A stretch of 64,000 nt of DNA from assembly GCA_964291625.2 (NCBI GenBank), contig OZ220089.1:1920001-1984000 (forward strand), read 5' to 3'. Of this stretch, positions 47,807 through 59,886 are shown one piece after another. Position 1 is the stretch's first letter, and the number at the start of each line of letters is the position of its first letter. Made by a program: the position numbers and the translations under genes. A model generated the notes under the pieces. The model did no database searches and was not told where the DNA came from. It saw only the letters and a list, made by a program, of their open reading frames with translations. The stretch is from Candidatus Latescibacterota bacterium. GTDB taxonomy: Bacteria; Latescibacterota; UBA2968; UBA8231.

Positions 47807-48619
47807 GTGGGTGCCGCTCACCGGATCTTCAGAGCCTTTGCGCTTGCCGCCGCTGCCTGCCTCCTAGGCTGCGCCCGCAGCCAGGTCGATCCCCACACAC
47901 TCTGCTCTGAAGGGGGCCCCGAGTCCACGACGGCCCTGATCCTGGACACGTCCGATCCCCTCGCATCTCACCAGATCGCCTCCCTGGAGCGCTTCACCGA
48001 GTCCCTCGTGAAGCAGACTCGAAGGCCCGACGGGGAGCTCCGGCCCTCCGAGAACTACGTGGCCAAGGGGCATCTCCTGGTCGTCTACGAGCTGCCCCGC
48101 GCTGGCGATCCGGGCGGGACTCCCCGGCAGGTGTTTCGGATGTGCAATCCCGGCTCCCCCGAGGACAGAGGACCCGTCGCCGGCTTCACGGAGGGGGAAG
48201 TCGCTGTCATGGTGCGGTGGTCGCACTTCACCAAGGCGATGCGCAGTGCCTTCCCGGACTCGGTGACCCGATCGTCGGCGCCGACCTCACCGATCATCGA
48301 GACGATCCGTTACGTGCGCAACAAGGAGTTCCCCGGTCCGGTGGAGATCGCCAGCAGCAAGCGGAGAGGCGACGCCATCATCATCATCTCCGACCTGCTC
48401 CAGAATTCGGATCTCCTCTCCCACTATCGGGGACCCCTGCCGCCGGTCGAGGGACTGCCCCAGTCTCTGGCACTGAACCTCTCCGGCATCGAAATCGGCG
48501 TGCGCTACCTGCGCTCGCAACGTGACCGCCACTTGCAGACCAGCGAGCACTTCGCGTGGTGGCGGAAGTTCCTCGCCGAGGCCGGCGGCCCCATGACCCG
48601 AACGCCAGAGTCCTGGTAG
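47807..48619 (+). CDS. Hypothetical lipoprotein with vWA-like fold
   Basis: Lipobox LLGC; ALILDTSD, SPIIETI, IIIISDLLQNS (MIDAS-like elements). Confidence 0.65.
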   Translation: MGAAHRIFRAFALAAAACLLGCARSQVDPHTLCSEGGPESTTALILDTSDPLASHQIASLERFTESLVKQTRRPDGELRPSENYVAKGHLLVVYELPRAGDPGGTPRQVFRMCNPGSPEDRGPVAGFTEGEVAVMVRWSHFTKAMRSAFPDSVTRSSAPTSPIIETIRYVRNKEFPGPVEIASSKRRGDAIIIISDLLQNSDLLSHYRGPLPPVEGLPQSLALNLSGIEIGVRYLRSQRDRHLQTSEHFAWWRKFLAEAGGPMTRTPESW

Positions 48620-49088
48620 CAGCGCCTCGGCTGCGGTCCACTCCAGGCCGTGGAGGACTCTGTCCCTCACCTGCTCCCCCCGTTCCAACCGAAGACCCAT
48701 TTCGAGCAATTCGTGGGAATCGGCGACGAGACATGGTCCTCACTCGCGGGTTTCCAAGTTGGAGATAAACGGAGGGTTGTCCGCTGGGCTCTCTCCAGGC
48801 GCGCAGACACATACCCAATGGGCACTTCCCACTCATGTCTGCACCAACTCCACAAAGCACGGCGAGGTGTTTTTCGCGGTGGGGGTTCACACCTTCCGTG
48901 CCGGGGTAGAAGGGTTTGGGCGGACTGCTACCTTCCCTTCCGGGTATTCACAGTCTTGGATACTGGGATTCGTCGAGAGGCAAGCGAAGGAAGCCTGCCC
49001 AGGAGGAGAAGCACCAAAACGCAATGACGGCTCAGGAGAGAGATTCTCCCAAGCCGTTGTGCGCCACCCCCTATAGACTCCTAACTAG

Positions 49089-49175
49089 TGGTGCCGAAGG
49101 TGGGACTCGAACCCACACGGGGTTGCCCCCACTGGATTTTGAATCCAGCGCGTCTACCAGTTCCGCCACTTCGGC
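49089..49175 (-). tRNA. tRNA-Leu(CAA)
   Basis: GCCGAAGTGGCGGAACTGGTAGACGCGCTGGATTCAAAATCCAGTGGGGGCAACCCCGTGTGGGTTCGAGTCCCACCTTCGGCACCA; long variable arm; encoded CCA. Confidence 0.97.
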
Positions 49176-49185
49176 CAATCGACCG

Positions 49186-49758
49186 TTACCAGCGCCACTC
49201 CTCGCCCCGGTCGGCCTTGCAGGCCCCCAGGATCTCGGCGTAGACCACCGCCTCGCGGGCCCGGTCCGGCGTCAACCTCCACCGGTTCCGGCCCCGCGGC
49301 CGGTCCGAAGCCGGTCCGGCCGACCCCAGCTCGCGCATCCGCGCCGCCATGCGCTGCCGGGACCGCTGGATCTCCTGGGCCCGCTCGTGGGCCCGCTCCT
49401 CCTCGTCCCGGGCGCGCTGTTCCGCCTCCTGGGCCTGGCGCTCCAACTGGTCCAGCAGCGACTGGCCGTCCGCGGGCGCCGCCGACTCGAGCACGACCAC
49501 CTCGCCCTCGTCGGGTTCGCGCTGGGCCGTGGGGGGAGGAGTGGGTCGGGGCTCAAAGGGATCCCCTCCGGGGAACGGCCACCCGCCCCACTCCTCCTCT
49601 TCCTCCTTCTCCTGCTCCGGCTGAGGAACCGGCGCCCCGTCCTCCGTCTGCTGCTGGCGGCGCTGCTCCTCCTCCATCTGCCGCCGGCGCTTGCGCCGCT
49701 CCAGCAGCGCCGAGATGACGCTGAACAGCAGGAACAGGATGAGTAGCAGTTGCTCCAC
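49186..49758 (-). CDS. YqfB-like membrane-anchored protein of the floA operon
   Basis: N-terminal TM, charged region, C-terminal AREAVVYAEILG motif; position after floA. Confidence 0.7.
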   Translation of the reverse strand: MEQLLLILFLLFSVISALLERRKRRRQMEEEQRRQQQTEDGAPVPQPEQEKEEEEEWGGWPFPGGDPFEPRPTPPPTAQREPDEGEVVVLESAAPADGQSLLDQLERQAQEAEQRARDEEERAHERAQEIQRSRQRMAARMRELGSAGPASDRPRGRNRWRLTPDRAREAVVYAEILGACKADRGEEWRW

Positions 49759-49761
49759 GGC

Positions 49762-50766
49762 TCAGGCGCCCGGGTTGCGGTCGTCGCCGCCGGACTCACC
49801 CTCGCCGGTCTCGGAGATCGACGTCCGCATCTCCGTGTCCGACTGGATGTTGCGCATCCGGTAGTAGTCCATGATCCCGAGGTTGCCCGTACGGAAGGCC
49901 TCGGCGATGGCCCGCGGCACCTCGGCCTCGGCCTCCTTCACGCGCGCCGACATCTCCTCCACCAGGGCCCTCATCTCCTGCTCGCGGGCCTGGGCCATGG
50001 CGCGCCGCTCCTCGGCCTTGGCCTGGGCGATCTTGAGATCGGCCTCGGCCTGCTCGGTCTGCAACTTGGCGCCGATGTTGTCGCCCACGTCGACGTCGGC
50101 GATGTCGATGGACAGGATCTCGAAAGCCGTCCCCGAGTCGAGCCCCTTGCCCAGCACCGTCTTGGAGATCGAGTCGGGATTCTCGAGGACCTGCTTGTGG
50201 GTGTCGGCCGAGCCGACGGTGGTCACCACGCCCTCGCCGACGCGGGCGATGATCGTCTCCTCGCCGGCGCCGCCCACGAGTCGGTCGATGTTGGCCCGCA
50301 CCGTCACCCGGGCCGTGGCCTTCACCTGGATACCGTCCTTGGCCACGGCGGCGATCAGGGGCGTGTTGATGACCTTCGGATTGACGCTGACCTTGACCGC
50401 CTCGAGCACGTCGCGGCCAGCCAGGTCGATGGCGGCGGCGCGCTCGAAAGTCAGCTCGATGTTCGCCTTGTCCGCCGAGATCAGGGCCAGGATGACGGCG
50501 TCGACGTTGCCGCCGGCCAGGTAGTGGGCTTCCATCCGTTCCAGCGCCACCTCCAGGCCCGCCTTCTCGGCGCTGATCTTCGGCCGCACGATGGCGCCGG
50601 GCGGCACCTTGCGCAGGCGCATGCCCACCAGGTCGCGGAAGATCCCCACCTTGACCCCCGCGAAGTACGCCGTGATCCAGAGCCCGACGGGCACGAAGTA
50701 GGTGAACAGGCTCAGGAAGATGATGATCGCGAATAGAATCGCGATGTAGAGCAGAGCCTCTGGCAT
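49762..50766 (-). CDS. floA: Flotillin-like protein FloA (YqfA/UPF0365)
   Basis: [65 protein letters not shown]. Confidence 0.96.
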   Translation of the reverse strand: MPEALLYIAILFAIIIFLSLFTYFVPVGLWITAYFAGVKVGIFRDLVGMRLRKVPPGAIVRPKISAEKAGLEVALERMEAHYLAGGNVDAVILALISADKANIELTFERAAAIDLAGRDVLEAVKVSVNPKVINTPLIAAVAKDGIQVKATARVTVRANIDRLVGGAGEETIIARVGEGVVTTVGSADTHKQVLENPDSISKTVLGKGLDSGTAFEILSIDIADVDVGDNIGAKLQTEQAEADLKIAQAKAEERRAMAQAREQEMRALVEEMSARVKEAEAEVPRAIAEAFRTGNLGIMDYYRMRNIQSDTEMRTSISETGEGESGGDDRNPGA

Positions 50767-50787
50767 TGGTATCTCCTTTGGTTTCCG

Positions 50788-51294
50788 TTACTGTGCGCGT
50801 TCGTGGACGACGACTCGGTTGCCGTGCACCTCCAGCACCGCCACGGCGGCGCCGGATGCGATGAAGGCGCCGTCGGTCACCACGTCCACAATCTGGTCGC
50901 CGAAGCGGGCCCGGCCCGCCGGCCGCAGCGCCGTGAGGGCGACGCCCTCCTGTCCGACCAGTCCCTCCTGCTCGCCCGTGGCCGAGTCGTAGCCCGAGGC
51001 CCGGTCGGTGCGGTCCTCGCGCACCATCCGCTGCCAGGCCCGATTGCGGATCAGCAGCCACACCAAGGCGCCGGTGCCGCTGAAGCCGAGGACGCCGATC
51101 ACGGCGGCCGCCTCGGGCCCGAGACGGTTGTAGGCGAAGAGGACGCCGAGGCAGACGGTGCCGAAGCCCAGGATCCCGAAGATGTTGAACCCCGGGACGA
51201 CGAAGATCTCGAGCAGGACCAGCACCAGGCCGAGCACGAGCAGGCCCACGCTGTAGATCCAGGGAAGCGCCTCGGCGCTGAGCAGTTCTTCCAC
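50788..51294 (-). CDS. Short NfeD-family protein (C-terminal OB fold)
   Basis: LEIFVVPGF..GILG, GVALTALRPAG, VDVVTDGAFI. Confidence 0.88.
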   Translation of the reverse strand: MEELLSAEALPWIYSVGLLVLGLVLVLLEIFVVPGFNIFGILGFGTVCLGVLFAYNRLGPEAAAVIGVLGFSGTGALVWLLIRNRAWQRMVREDRTDRASGYDSATGEQEGLVGQEGVALTALRPAGRARFGDQIVDVVTDGAFIASGAAVAVLEVHGNRVVVHERAQ

Positions 51295-51306
51295 GTCTCC
51301 TCCGAC

Positions 51307-52725
51307 TCAGATGGCCTGCACCACGACGCGGCTGCCCCGCGCCTGAACGATGCGCACCGTCGTCTGTTCGTCGATGTACTCGCCCTCGGCGATGATGTCC
51401 AGCCGCTTGCCGGCGAACTGGCCGATGCCCACGGGCCGCAGCTCGGTGAGGGTCACGCCCTCCATGCCGACCAGCTCGTGGTCCTGGTCCGTCGAGGCCG
51501 AGACGTAGCCCTCGGAAGCCGAGGTACGCCCGGCCAGGATCAGGTGTCGGAAGGCGGGCACTTTCGGCAGGGATCGGAGCAGGATCAGGGCGGCGGCGAT
51601 GCCGAGGATCATGGAGAGGGCGAACTGACCGACGACACCGCTGATCTGCTCGAGGCTCCAGAACTCGAAGGCGGGGAGACGGGTCAGCAGCACGCTGGCC
51701 AGCATGCACAGGAACCCGGCCACGCCGGCCAGGCCGAAGCCCGGGATGAAGGCGATCTCGGCGAAGAGCAGCCCGAGACCGACGAAGAACAGGAGCAGCT
51801 CCTCCCAGTCGGCCAGGTGGACGATCAGGTGGCTGCCGAAGAACAGGGCCAGGGCCAGCAGCGCCATCGACCCGCCCAGGCCCCACCCGGGGGTGCGCAC
51901 CTCGGCGATGAGTCCGAAGAGGGCCACCGACAGCAGGATCGAGGTGACGATGGGATGGGTGAGCAGGCGCACCACGCGCTCGGCCATGTTGATGTTCACT
52001 TCGACGACCTCGGCCTCGGCCAGGTCGTAGATCGCCAGCAGCTCGGGCAGGGACTGGGCGGTCTCGTCGGCGAGGCCGTACTGCAGGGCCTGGTTGGTGG
52101 TCAGCGTGGCCGGCCTCCCCACCTCGTCGCTGAAGCCGGGGATGTAGATCCGCTCGTCGACCATGGCCTCGGCGATCTCCGGGTCGCGCCCGGTGCGCTC
52201 GGCCGTGGCCCGCATCTCGGCGCTCATGACCGAGACGTACTTGTCGCCCGCCTTCTCCCCCGTGCCGGAGACCGGCGTCGTGGCGCCGATGGTGCCGCCC
52301 CTGACCATGACGATCTTGTCGCAGGCGAGGGAGATCAGGGCACCGGCGGAGATCGCCCGCTTGTCGATGAAGGCGATGGTCAGGGACTCGGCGTCGATGA
52401 TGGCGTCGCGGATCACCGAAGCGGCGTCGACGCGGCCGCCGAAGGTGTCGATCTCGAAGACCAGGGCGTCGACGCCGGCCTCGTCGGCGTCCTCGACGAC
52501 GCGCTCCACGTAGGCGGTGATCCCGGGGTCGATCATGCCGCCCTCGGTGTCCACGGTGCGCAGCCGGAGCAGGTGGATCAGGGGCTGGCGGGCCTCCTCG
52601 GCGGCCGGACCGGACTCGCCGGCCGGGGTCTCCTCACCACCGAGAGGAAAGGCCGCGAGGGCGAGCAGCGCCGCCGCCGGCAGCAGGCGCGTCCAACGTG
52701 GGTTGAGGAGGGGAGTAGGGGGCAT
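51307..52725 (-). CDS. nfeD: Long NfeD (YqeZ-like) membrane-bound ClpP-class serine protease
   Basis: IDTFGGRVD, AISAGALISLAC, AEAMVD, EVRTPGWG, TELRPVG. Confidence 0.9.
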   Translation of the reverse strand: MPPTPLLNPRWTRLLPAAALLALAAFPLGGEETPAGESGPAAEEARQPLIHLLRLRTVDTEGGMIDPGITAYVERVVEDADEAGVDALVFEIDTFGGRVDAASVIRDAIIDAESLTIAFIDKRAISAGALISLACDKIVMVRGGTIGATTPVSGTGEKAGDKYVSVMSAEMRATAERTGRDPEIAEAMVDERIYIPGFSDEVGRPATLTTNQALQYGLADETAQSLPELLAIYDLAEAEVVEVNINMAERVVRLLTHPIVTSILLSVALFGLIAEVRTPGWGLGGSMALLALALFFGSHLIVHLADWEELLLFFVGLGLLFAEIAFIPGFGLAGVAGFLCMLASVLLTRLPAFEFWSLEQISGVVGQFALSMILGIAAALILLRSLPKVPAFRHLILAGRTSASEGYVSASTDQDHELVGMEGVTLTELRPVGIGQFAGKRLDIIAEGEYIDEQTTVRIVQARGSRVVVQAI

Positions 52726-52752
52726 TCTCGGCCGGGGGGGTGAGAGCGCTAG

Positions 52753-52782
52753 ATCTTACCCCAGAGGCTCCGTCCTTGTCAA
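52753..52782 (-). promoter_or_regulatory. Putative sigma70 promoter of the nfeD-floA operon
   Basis: TTGACA-N18-TAAGAT on the minus strand, ~28 bp upstream of the nfeD start. Confidence 0.6.
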
Positions 52783-52824
52783 TCGACCGAGACCCCCTCT
52801 ACCCTTGGCGCCGGAGGAATGCGA

Positions 52825-53839
52825 ATGAAGATCCACGAGGCCCCGGTGCGCTGGGGCATCATCGGCTGCGGCGACGTGACCGAGGTGAAGTCGGGCCCGG
52901 CGCTGCGCAAGGCGGAGGGCTCCGAGCTGGCCGCCGTGATGCGCCGCGACCGCGACAAGGCCCGGGACTACGCCCGGCGCCACGGGGTGCCGCGCTGGTA
53001 CGACGACGCCGGCGCCCTGATCGAGGACGAGGGCGTCGACGCCGTGTACGTGGCGACGCCGCCGGACTCGCACCCCGAGTACACCCTCCGCGCCGCCGCC
53101 GCGGGCAAGCCGGTCTACGTGGAAAAGCCGATGGCGCGCACCGCCGCCGAGTGCGAGGAGATGGTTGAGGCCTGCCGCCGCGCCGGGGTGCCCCTCTTCG
53201 TCGCCTACTACCGCCGCCGCCTGCCCGTGCACGTGAGGGTCGCCGAGTTGCTCGCCCAGGGCGCCGTGGGCGGCGTCCGCACCGTCACCATCCGGCTGTT
53301 CAAGCCCGCCGGCGGCTCCGAGCGCACCCCGGACCGCCGGCCCTGGCGTGTCGATCCGGTCATCGCCGGCGAGGGCGGCCACTTCCACGACCTCGGCTGC
53401 CACCAACTCGACCTCCTCGACTACCTGCTGGGCCCGATCGAGGCGGCCGCCGGAGTGGCCCTGTGCCAGGGCGGCCTCTACGCCTGCCGCGACACGGTGA
53501 CCGCCTCCTGGCGGCACGAGTCGGGGGCCGCCGGCAGCGGCGCCTGGTGCTTCGTTTCCGACGCGTCGAGCCGCGTCGAGGAGATCGAGATCACCGGCGG
53601 CGATGGCCGCCTGCGTTTCGCCGCCTTCGACCTGGAGCGGCCCGTGCGCCTGGAACGTGGTTCCGAGGTGGAGGAGTTCGCCGTGCCCGCGCCTGCCCAC
53701 GTGCAGCAACCCCTCATCCAGAGCGTCGTCGACGACCTGCTCGGCCGCGGCGCCTGTCCCAGCACCGGCGACAGCGCCCTGCGCACGGCCCGAGTGATGG
53801 ACCGCATCCTGGGGCTGGACCAGGGCGAGCGCCGGAGGC

Positions 53840-53868
<29 letters not shown>
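52825..53868 (+). CDS. Gfo/Idh/MocA family oxidoreductase
   Basis: [42 protein letters not shown]. Confidence 0.92.
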
Positions 53869-55209
<1,341 letters not shown>

Positions 55210-55234
<25 letters not shown>

Positions 55235-56520
55235 GAGTCCTTCCCTGGATGCGCCTGCCTGGGCAGGGCGATGGTGAAGCACGCCCCCTCCCCGGGGGCA
55301 CTGTCCACGGTGAGGCGGCCGCCGTGGGCTTCGACGATCTTGCGGGATGTCACCAACCCCAGGCCGGTGCCGTCCTCCTTGGTGGTGAAGAAGGGGGTGA
55401 AGAGCTTGTCGCGGATGTCGGCGGCGATGCCGGCGCCGGAGTCGCGAACGGAGACCCGGGCCCAGTCACCGTCCTCCCCGCGGACCTCGTCGATTCCCAG
55501 GTCGATGGCGCCGCCTTCCGGCATCGCCTGGGCGGCGTTGAGGAGGAGGTTGAGGACAACCTGGCGGAAACGCTCGACATCGACCTGGCCCATGCAGGCG
55601 CGGCCGGGGAAGTCGCGGCGGATGGTCACTCCGGGGCTGCGGCCCTCGGCGTCGACCTCGAAGAAGGCCGCCGCCTCCTCCACGGCGATCGCCAGATCGA
55701 CAGGCTGCGTGTTCAGGTTGAGGGGGCGGGTATAGCTCAGCATGCTGGAGACGATGCGGTTCAGCCGGGCCACGCCCTCGGTGATCTTGCCCACCAGGCG
55801 CCGGTTGGGGTCGTCCGGCGCGAGGTCCCGCTCCAGCAGGCTGGCGAAGCTGGCGATGCCGCCCAGGGGATTGCGGATCTCGTGGGCCACGGTGGCGGCC
55901 ATCTCCCCGAGGGCGGCCAGGGTGTGCATGCGCCGCACCTGGCTCTCCAGGCGCTTGACCTCGGTCAGATCGGTGAAGAACTCGATGGCGCCCAGGACGT
56001 CGCCGTTGCCGTCGCGCACCACGGAGGTGCTGAAGCCGAGAGGGATCGAGCGGCCGTCGGGGAGGCGCAGGTCCTTCTCCCGGTTCTGCAGGCTTTCGCC
56101 CTTGTCGAGAGTGTGGAGGACCGACTCCTCCCTCTCTTCCGGGCGACCCATGACCTCCTCGTAGGCGCGGCCCAGGACCTCGTCCTGCGACCGGCCCGTG
56201 ATCGTTTCGGCGGTACGGTTGAAGAGGGTGATGCGACGGTCGAGGCCGAGGACGAGCAGGCCTCCGGTCATGCTCTCGAGGATATTGTTCAGGTAGTTGC
56301 TGACCCGGTCCTTCTCCTCGAGGCTGTCCCGCAGCTCCCGGTTGGTCTCCTCCAGGCGGGTGTTGAGGAACTCGAACCGTTCCTCGAGCTGCTTGTAGGC
56401 CTCCACGTAGCGCCGCGCCGTGTCCTCGAAGAGCGAGGACGAGGCCGCGAAGGCCTCCTCGAGTGGCATGTCCGCATGGAGCTGGAGCACGCTCTGGGGG
56501 GCGGGTTCGGACGAGGCCAT
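55210..56520 (-). CDS. Cytoplasmic PAS sensor histidine kinase
   Basis: Coiled coil, PAS, H-box [36 protein letters not shown]; no TM segment. Confidence 0.93.
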
Positions 56521-56678
56521 CGCGCTCCTTGCCATCCGCCGGCCGGAGGGACCGGCGGCTCGGCTGCTTCTCGCGGCGGCCCGGCGGGCCACCGCAGCGC
56601 CGGTGCAAAGGGGATGGCGGGGCCCGGGGGAGGGGCCCGCTCGTGCAGATGGGAGAGCTTCGGGAAGCTCTCCGGCCT

Positions 56679-56936
56679 TCAGCCCTCGGGGGTGGGGGGC
56701 GGCTGCTCCGCGGGGCCTTCCTCGGTGACGACGATGCGGCCGTCGGAGTAGTCGTTGAGGGCGCCCACGGTCGGGTTCGGCGTATCGATCTCGGAACCTT
56801 CGGGAACTTGTCGGAAGCGGCTGTTGATCTCGCGTGCCCTCTGCGAGAGGGCGCGGCAGGCAGCGTAGGAGTTGTCGGTGCCTTCCAGGCTGAAGTCGAC
56901 TTCGCGGTTGAACATCGTACGCTGCGCGTCGGGCAT
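56679..56936 (-). CDS. rpoZ: RNA polymerase omega subunit-like protein
   Basis: NSYAACRALSQRAREIN...NPTVGALNDYSDGRI resembles omega consensus (N-Y...KRARQI...KP...AL.E...GKI); RBS AGGGAG. Confidence 0.65.
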   Translation of the reverse strand: MPDAQRTMFNREVDFSLEGTDNSYAACRALSQRAREINSRFRQVPEGSEIDTPNPTVGALNDYSDGRIVVTEEGPAEQPPPTPEG

Positions 56937-56997
56937 GTGAATCTCCCTTGTTTGGGTCAACAAGATGCTTCCACCGTTGAACTTAGGGCCATACGCA

Positions 56998-57612
56998 TCA
57001 CTTAGCAAGATCGCGAACAGCAAGATCGGGACCAGGATTCAGCTCGCCGGCGCGGACGGCGAAGGGCAGCCGGTTCTCCTCCGGCGGCAGGGGGCAGATG
57101 TACTCGGGATTGTAGGCGCAGAACGGGTTGTAGGCGAGGTTGAAGTCCAGCACCCAGGTGCCGTCCCCGTCGGCGGCCACCGGCGCGTAGCGGCCGGCCC
57201 CGTAGGTCTGGCCGCCGTTGGTCTCGTCGGTGAAGAACACGCTGAGTCCGGGGTCCTGATCGCTGCCGTAGACCTCGAGCCGGAACGACCGTCCTCCGCG
57301 CTCGAAGAGGAAGCGCCCGAGGCGCTGCACCACGGTGGTGGCGCCGGCGCTGTCGGGCATCGGCAGCCGGCGCACGCGCCCGTAGCGGTGAAACTCCCCG
57401 GGGATGCGCCACGCCGGGTCCACGGGGAAGTAGCGCAGGCCGGGGAAGCCGGCTGCGACCTCCGGCGGCAGCGGCGATTCGGGCCCGTCGCGGAAGAGGC
57501 TGTCCTTCAGGGCCCGGGTCGCCTCGATCTTCTCGTTGAAGGCCTCTCCGCCCGGGGCCGCGCCGGCCCCGCCGACGCCGGCGAGGAGCAGGGCCAGAAG
57601 GGCGAGAACCAC
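56998..57612 (-). CDS. DUF1684 domain exported protein
   Basis: SPLP..FPGLRYFPVDP, FTDETNGGQTYGAGRY, LDFNLAYNPFCAYNPEYICPLPP; start approximate. Confidence 0.88.
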   Translation of the reverse strand: MVLALLALLLAGVGGAGAAPGGEAFNEKIEATRALKDSLFRDGPESPLPPEVAAGFPGLRYFPVDPAWRIPGEFHRYGRVRRLPMPDSAGATTVVQRLGRFLFERGGRSFRLEVYGSDQDPGLSVFFTDETNGGQTYGAGRYAPVAADGDGTWVLDFNLAYNPFCAYNPEYICPLPPEENRLPFAVRAGELNPGPDLAVRDLAK

Positions 57613-57685
57613 CCACCGACCCGATTGACGCTCGTGGGACGCGGGGGTTAATTCGCCGCCGCCCGCAGCCGGAAAGGGGATACGC

Positions 57686-58459
57686 ATGAGACTGAAGGAT
57701 CGCGTCGCCATCGTCACCGGAGGCAGCTCCGGCATCGGCCGGGGGGTCTGCCAGGAGTTCGCCCGCGAAGGAGCGCGCGTGGTGGTGTCCGACGTCCGCG
57801 AAGCCCCCAGGAAGGGACGGTACCACGAGCAGGACACCACAACCCCCACGGTGGAGGAGATCGCAAAGATCGGCGGGAGGTCGCATTTCGTCCAGGCGGA
57901 CATGGCCGACGAAGGCGCGGTGCGGAACCTCGTGGACGAGGCGGTGAGCACCTTCGGCGGCCTCGACATCATCGTCAACAACGCCGGCATCCACATCCCC
58001 GGCGACACCCAGGGGCTCAGCACCGCCCAGTGGGACCGGGTGGTGGCCGTCAACCTCCGGGGTCCCTTCCTGTTGACGAAGTACGCCGTGCCCCACCTGG
58101 AGCGGTCGTCCGCCGGCCGCGTCATCAACATCGGGTCGGTCAACTCCTTCGCCGGCGGCGGCGGTCCCGCCTACGCGCCGGCCAAGGCGGGGATCGTCAA
58201 CCTCACCAGGGACACCGCCGTGGAGCTCGCCGGCCGCGGCATCACGGCCAACGCCGTCTGCCCCGGGTACATCGAGACGGCGATCCAGGACTACCTGACC
58301 CCGGAGCAGATCGAGGCCAGCCGGGAGGCCACCCCCCTGCCCCGCTTCGGCCGGCCCCGCGACATCGGCCGTGCCTGCGTGTTCTTCGCCTCCGACGACG
58401 CCGAGTGGATCACCGGCACCGCCCTGCCCGTGGACGGGGGCTGGCTGGCCCCCATCTGA
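57686..58459 (+). CDS. SDR family NAD(P)-dependent oxidoreductase
   Basis: VTGGSSGIG, NNAG, YAPAK (YxxxK), CPGYIET, VDGG. Confidence 0.95.
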   Translation: MRLKDRVAIVTGGSSGIGRGVCQEFAREGARVVVSDVREAPRKGRYHEQDTTTPTVEEIAKIGGRSHFVQADMADEGAVRNLVDEAVSTFGGLDIIVNNAGIHIPGDTQGLSTAQWDRVVAVNLRGPFLLTKYAVPHLERSSAGRVINIGSVNSFAGGGGPAYAPAKAGIVNLTRDTAVELAGRGITANAVCPGYIETAIQDYLTPEQIEASREATPLPRFGRPRDIGRACVFFASDDAEWITGTALPVDGGWLAPI

Positions 58460-58557
58460 CCTGCGCCCCCGCCGCACAACGCCAGGGAGAGCCTGGACCG
58501 CGGCAGGGCGTCCTCCAAAGGGGGTGTTCATGATGACCTCCCGGTCCGCCCAGCGGA

Positions 58558-58585
58558 TTGACACCGCCGACCCGGGACCTACATT
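58558..58585 (+). promoter_or_regulatory. Putative sigma70 promoter
   Basis: TTGACA-N16-TACATT; supports ATG 58657 as the start of the next gene. Confidence 0.45.
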
Positions 58586-58656
58586 GGCCTGTCAAGTCGA
58601 AGGGGACCGGCACTCGTCCCCCGCACGGTTTCCGGCGCAAGATCGACGAGCCGCCC

Positions 58657-59754
58657 ATGATTCTGGTGAACCGGCACACGCGGGCCGGTGAAGCCCCCTT
58701 TCAGGCCACCCTGCGCATCGAGCCCTCCTCCCGCGTCGACTTGATCGACGTGCGGGGCAAGCTCCGCGAGGAGTTCGGGTCGGATTTCACCAAGTATCCC
58801 CGGGCCCTGTACATCTCCGATCACACCACGGCCGGCTACCTGGACCAGCGCCTGGCGGAGGTCTTCGACCACGACGGCGCCACCATCCAGGACTACCTCA
58901 AGCTCTTCCAGGAGCTCTTCCCCCCCGACGCGGGCTACGTCCACGACGAGTTGGACCGCCGCACCGAGCTCTCCGACAAGGAGCGCGCCACCGAGCCGCG
59001 CAACGCCGACTCCCACCTGACCTTCATGGGGGGGGGGCTCCACACCTCCACCTCCTACGAGCTTCAAGGCGACGAGCCGGTGTGGTTCGTGGAACTGGAC
59101 GGCGTCCACGTGGGCGGCACCCGGCAGCGCCGCACCACGGTGGTCGCCTACAAGGGCGAGGAGGAGGTGACCCGCATCCAGGTGCCGGTGACGGCCTCGC
59201 CCCACGCCATCGACGCCCAGAACCTGCGCGACCCCGCTCTCGGCTTCATCGGCCAGCTGGAGAGCCTGGCGCGGGAGCACAAGGTCTCCTTCGGCCGCTT
59301 CGACATCTCCCTGCCCCCCGCGGACCGCAACGCGGGTCTCACGGTGAACGAGTACGAGACCCTGCTCATGACCCACGACTTGCGGGAGGTCCTCGCCAAC
59401 CCCTTCCGCTACATGGCGCGCATGGGCCGGGGCGCCCTGCAGGTTCCCCGGAGCATACCGGCAAAAGCCCTCAACTACGCCCAGTACGACGCGGTGCAGA
59501 TCTTCAACACGATCCTCGACCGCGCCGGCATGCGACACTCGATGGTGGAGAGAGTGGTCAACCGGGCGCTGGCGCTCCCGGTCTCCCATTTCCTGCGGAT
59601 GAAGCGGGGGATCAGCCTGCCGGTCCTCGACCGCGAGTCCAACGGCGCCGGCGAGATCGGCTGGGGCACCTACCAGAGCCCGATCCTGGTCCAGTGGAAC
59701 GAGCCCGGCGGCTCCACCCGGGCGCTGGACGTCAGGCTGGTGCGGTTCGTGTAG
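58657..59754 (+). CDS. Hypothetical protein with two YjbQ/UPF0047-like halves
   Basis: SDHTTAGY, YVHDEL..RNADSHL, FVELDG (first half); NAGLTVNEYE..HDL, WGTYQSPILVQW (second half). Confidence 0.6.
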   Translation: MILVNRHTRAGEAPFQATLRIEPSSRVDLIDVRGKLREEFGSDFTKYPRALYISDHTTAGYLDQRLAEVFDHDGATIQDYLKLFQELFPPDAGYVHDELDRRTELSDKERATEPRNADSHLTFMGGGLHTSTSYELQGDEPVWFVELDGVHVGGTRQRRTTVVAYKGEEEVTRIQVPVTASPHAIDAQNLRDPALGFIGQLESLAREHKVSFGRFDISLPPADRNAGLTVNEYETLLMTHDLREVLANPFRYMARMGRGALQVPRSIPAKALNYAQYDAVQIFNTILDRAGMRHSMVERVVNRALALPVSHFLRMKRGISLPVLDRESNGAGEIGWGTYQSPILVQWNEPGGSTRALDVRLVRFV

Positions 59755-59886
59755 GCCAGACGCAGGCAGGGTCCGGCAGGGGCCCTCCGGCTTCTCGACA
59801 GGTCTCGGTGGTCCTGCGAGGTCGACAGGCCCCGCTGACCAATCCTGTACATCCGTTGAAACCCACAGGGGTGGAGCACGGCCCAA

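Noticed and set aside
48620-49080. Short ORFs 48650-49027 and 48759-49076 next to the tRNA
   Set aside because: No motifs, atypical composition and no integrase similarity visible
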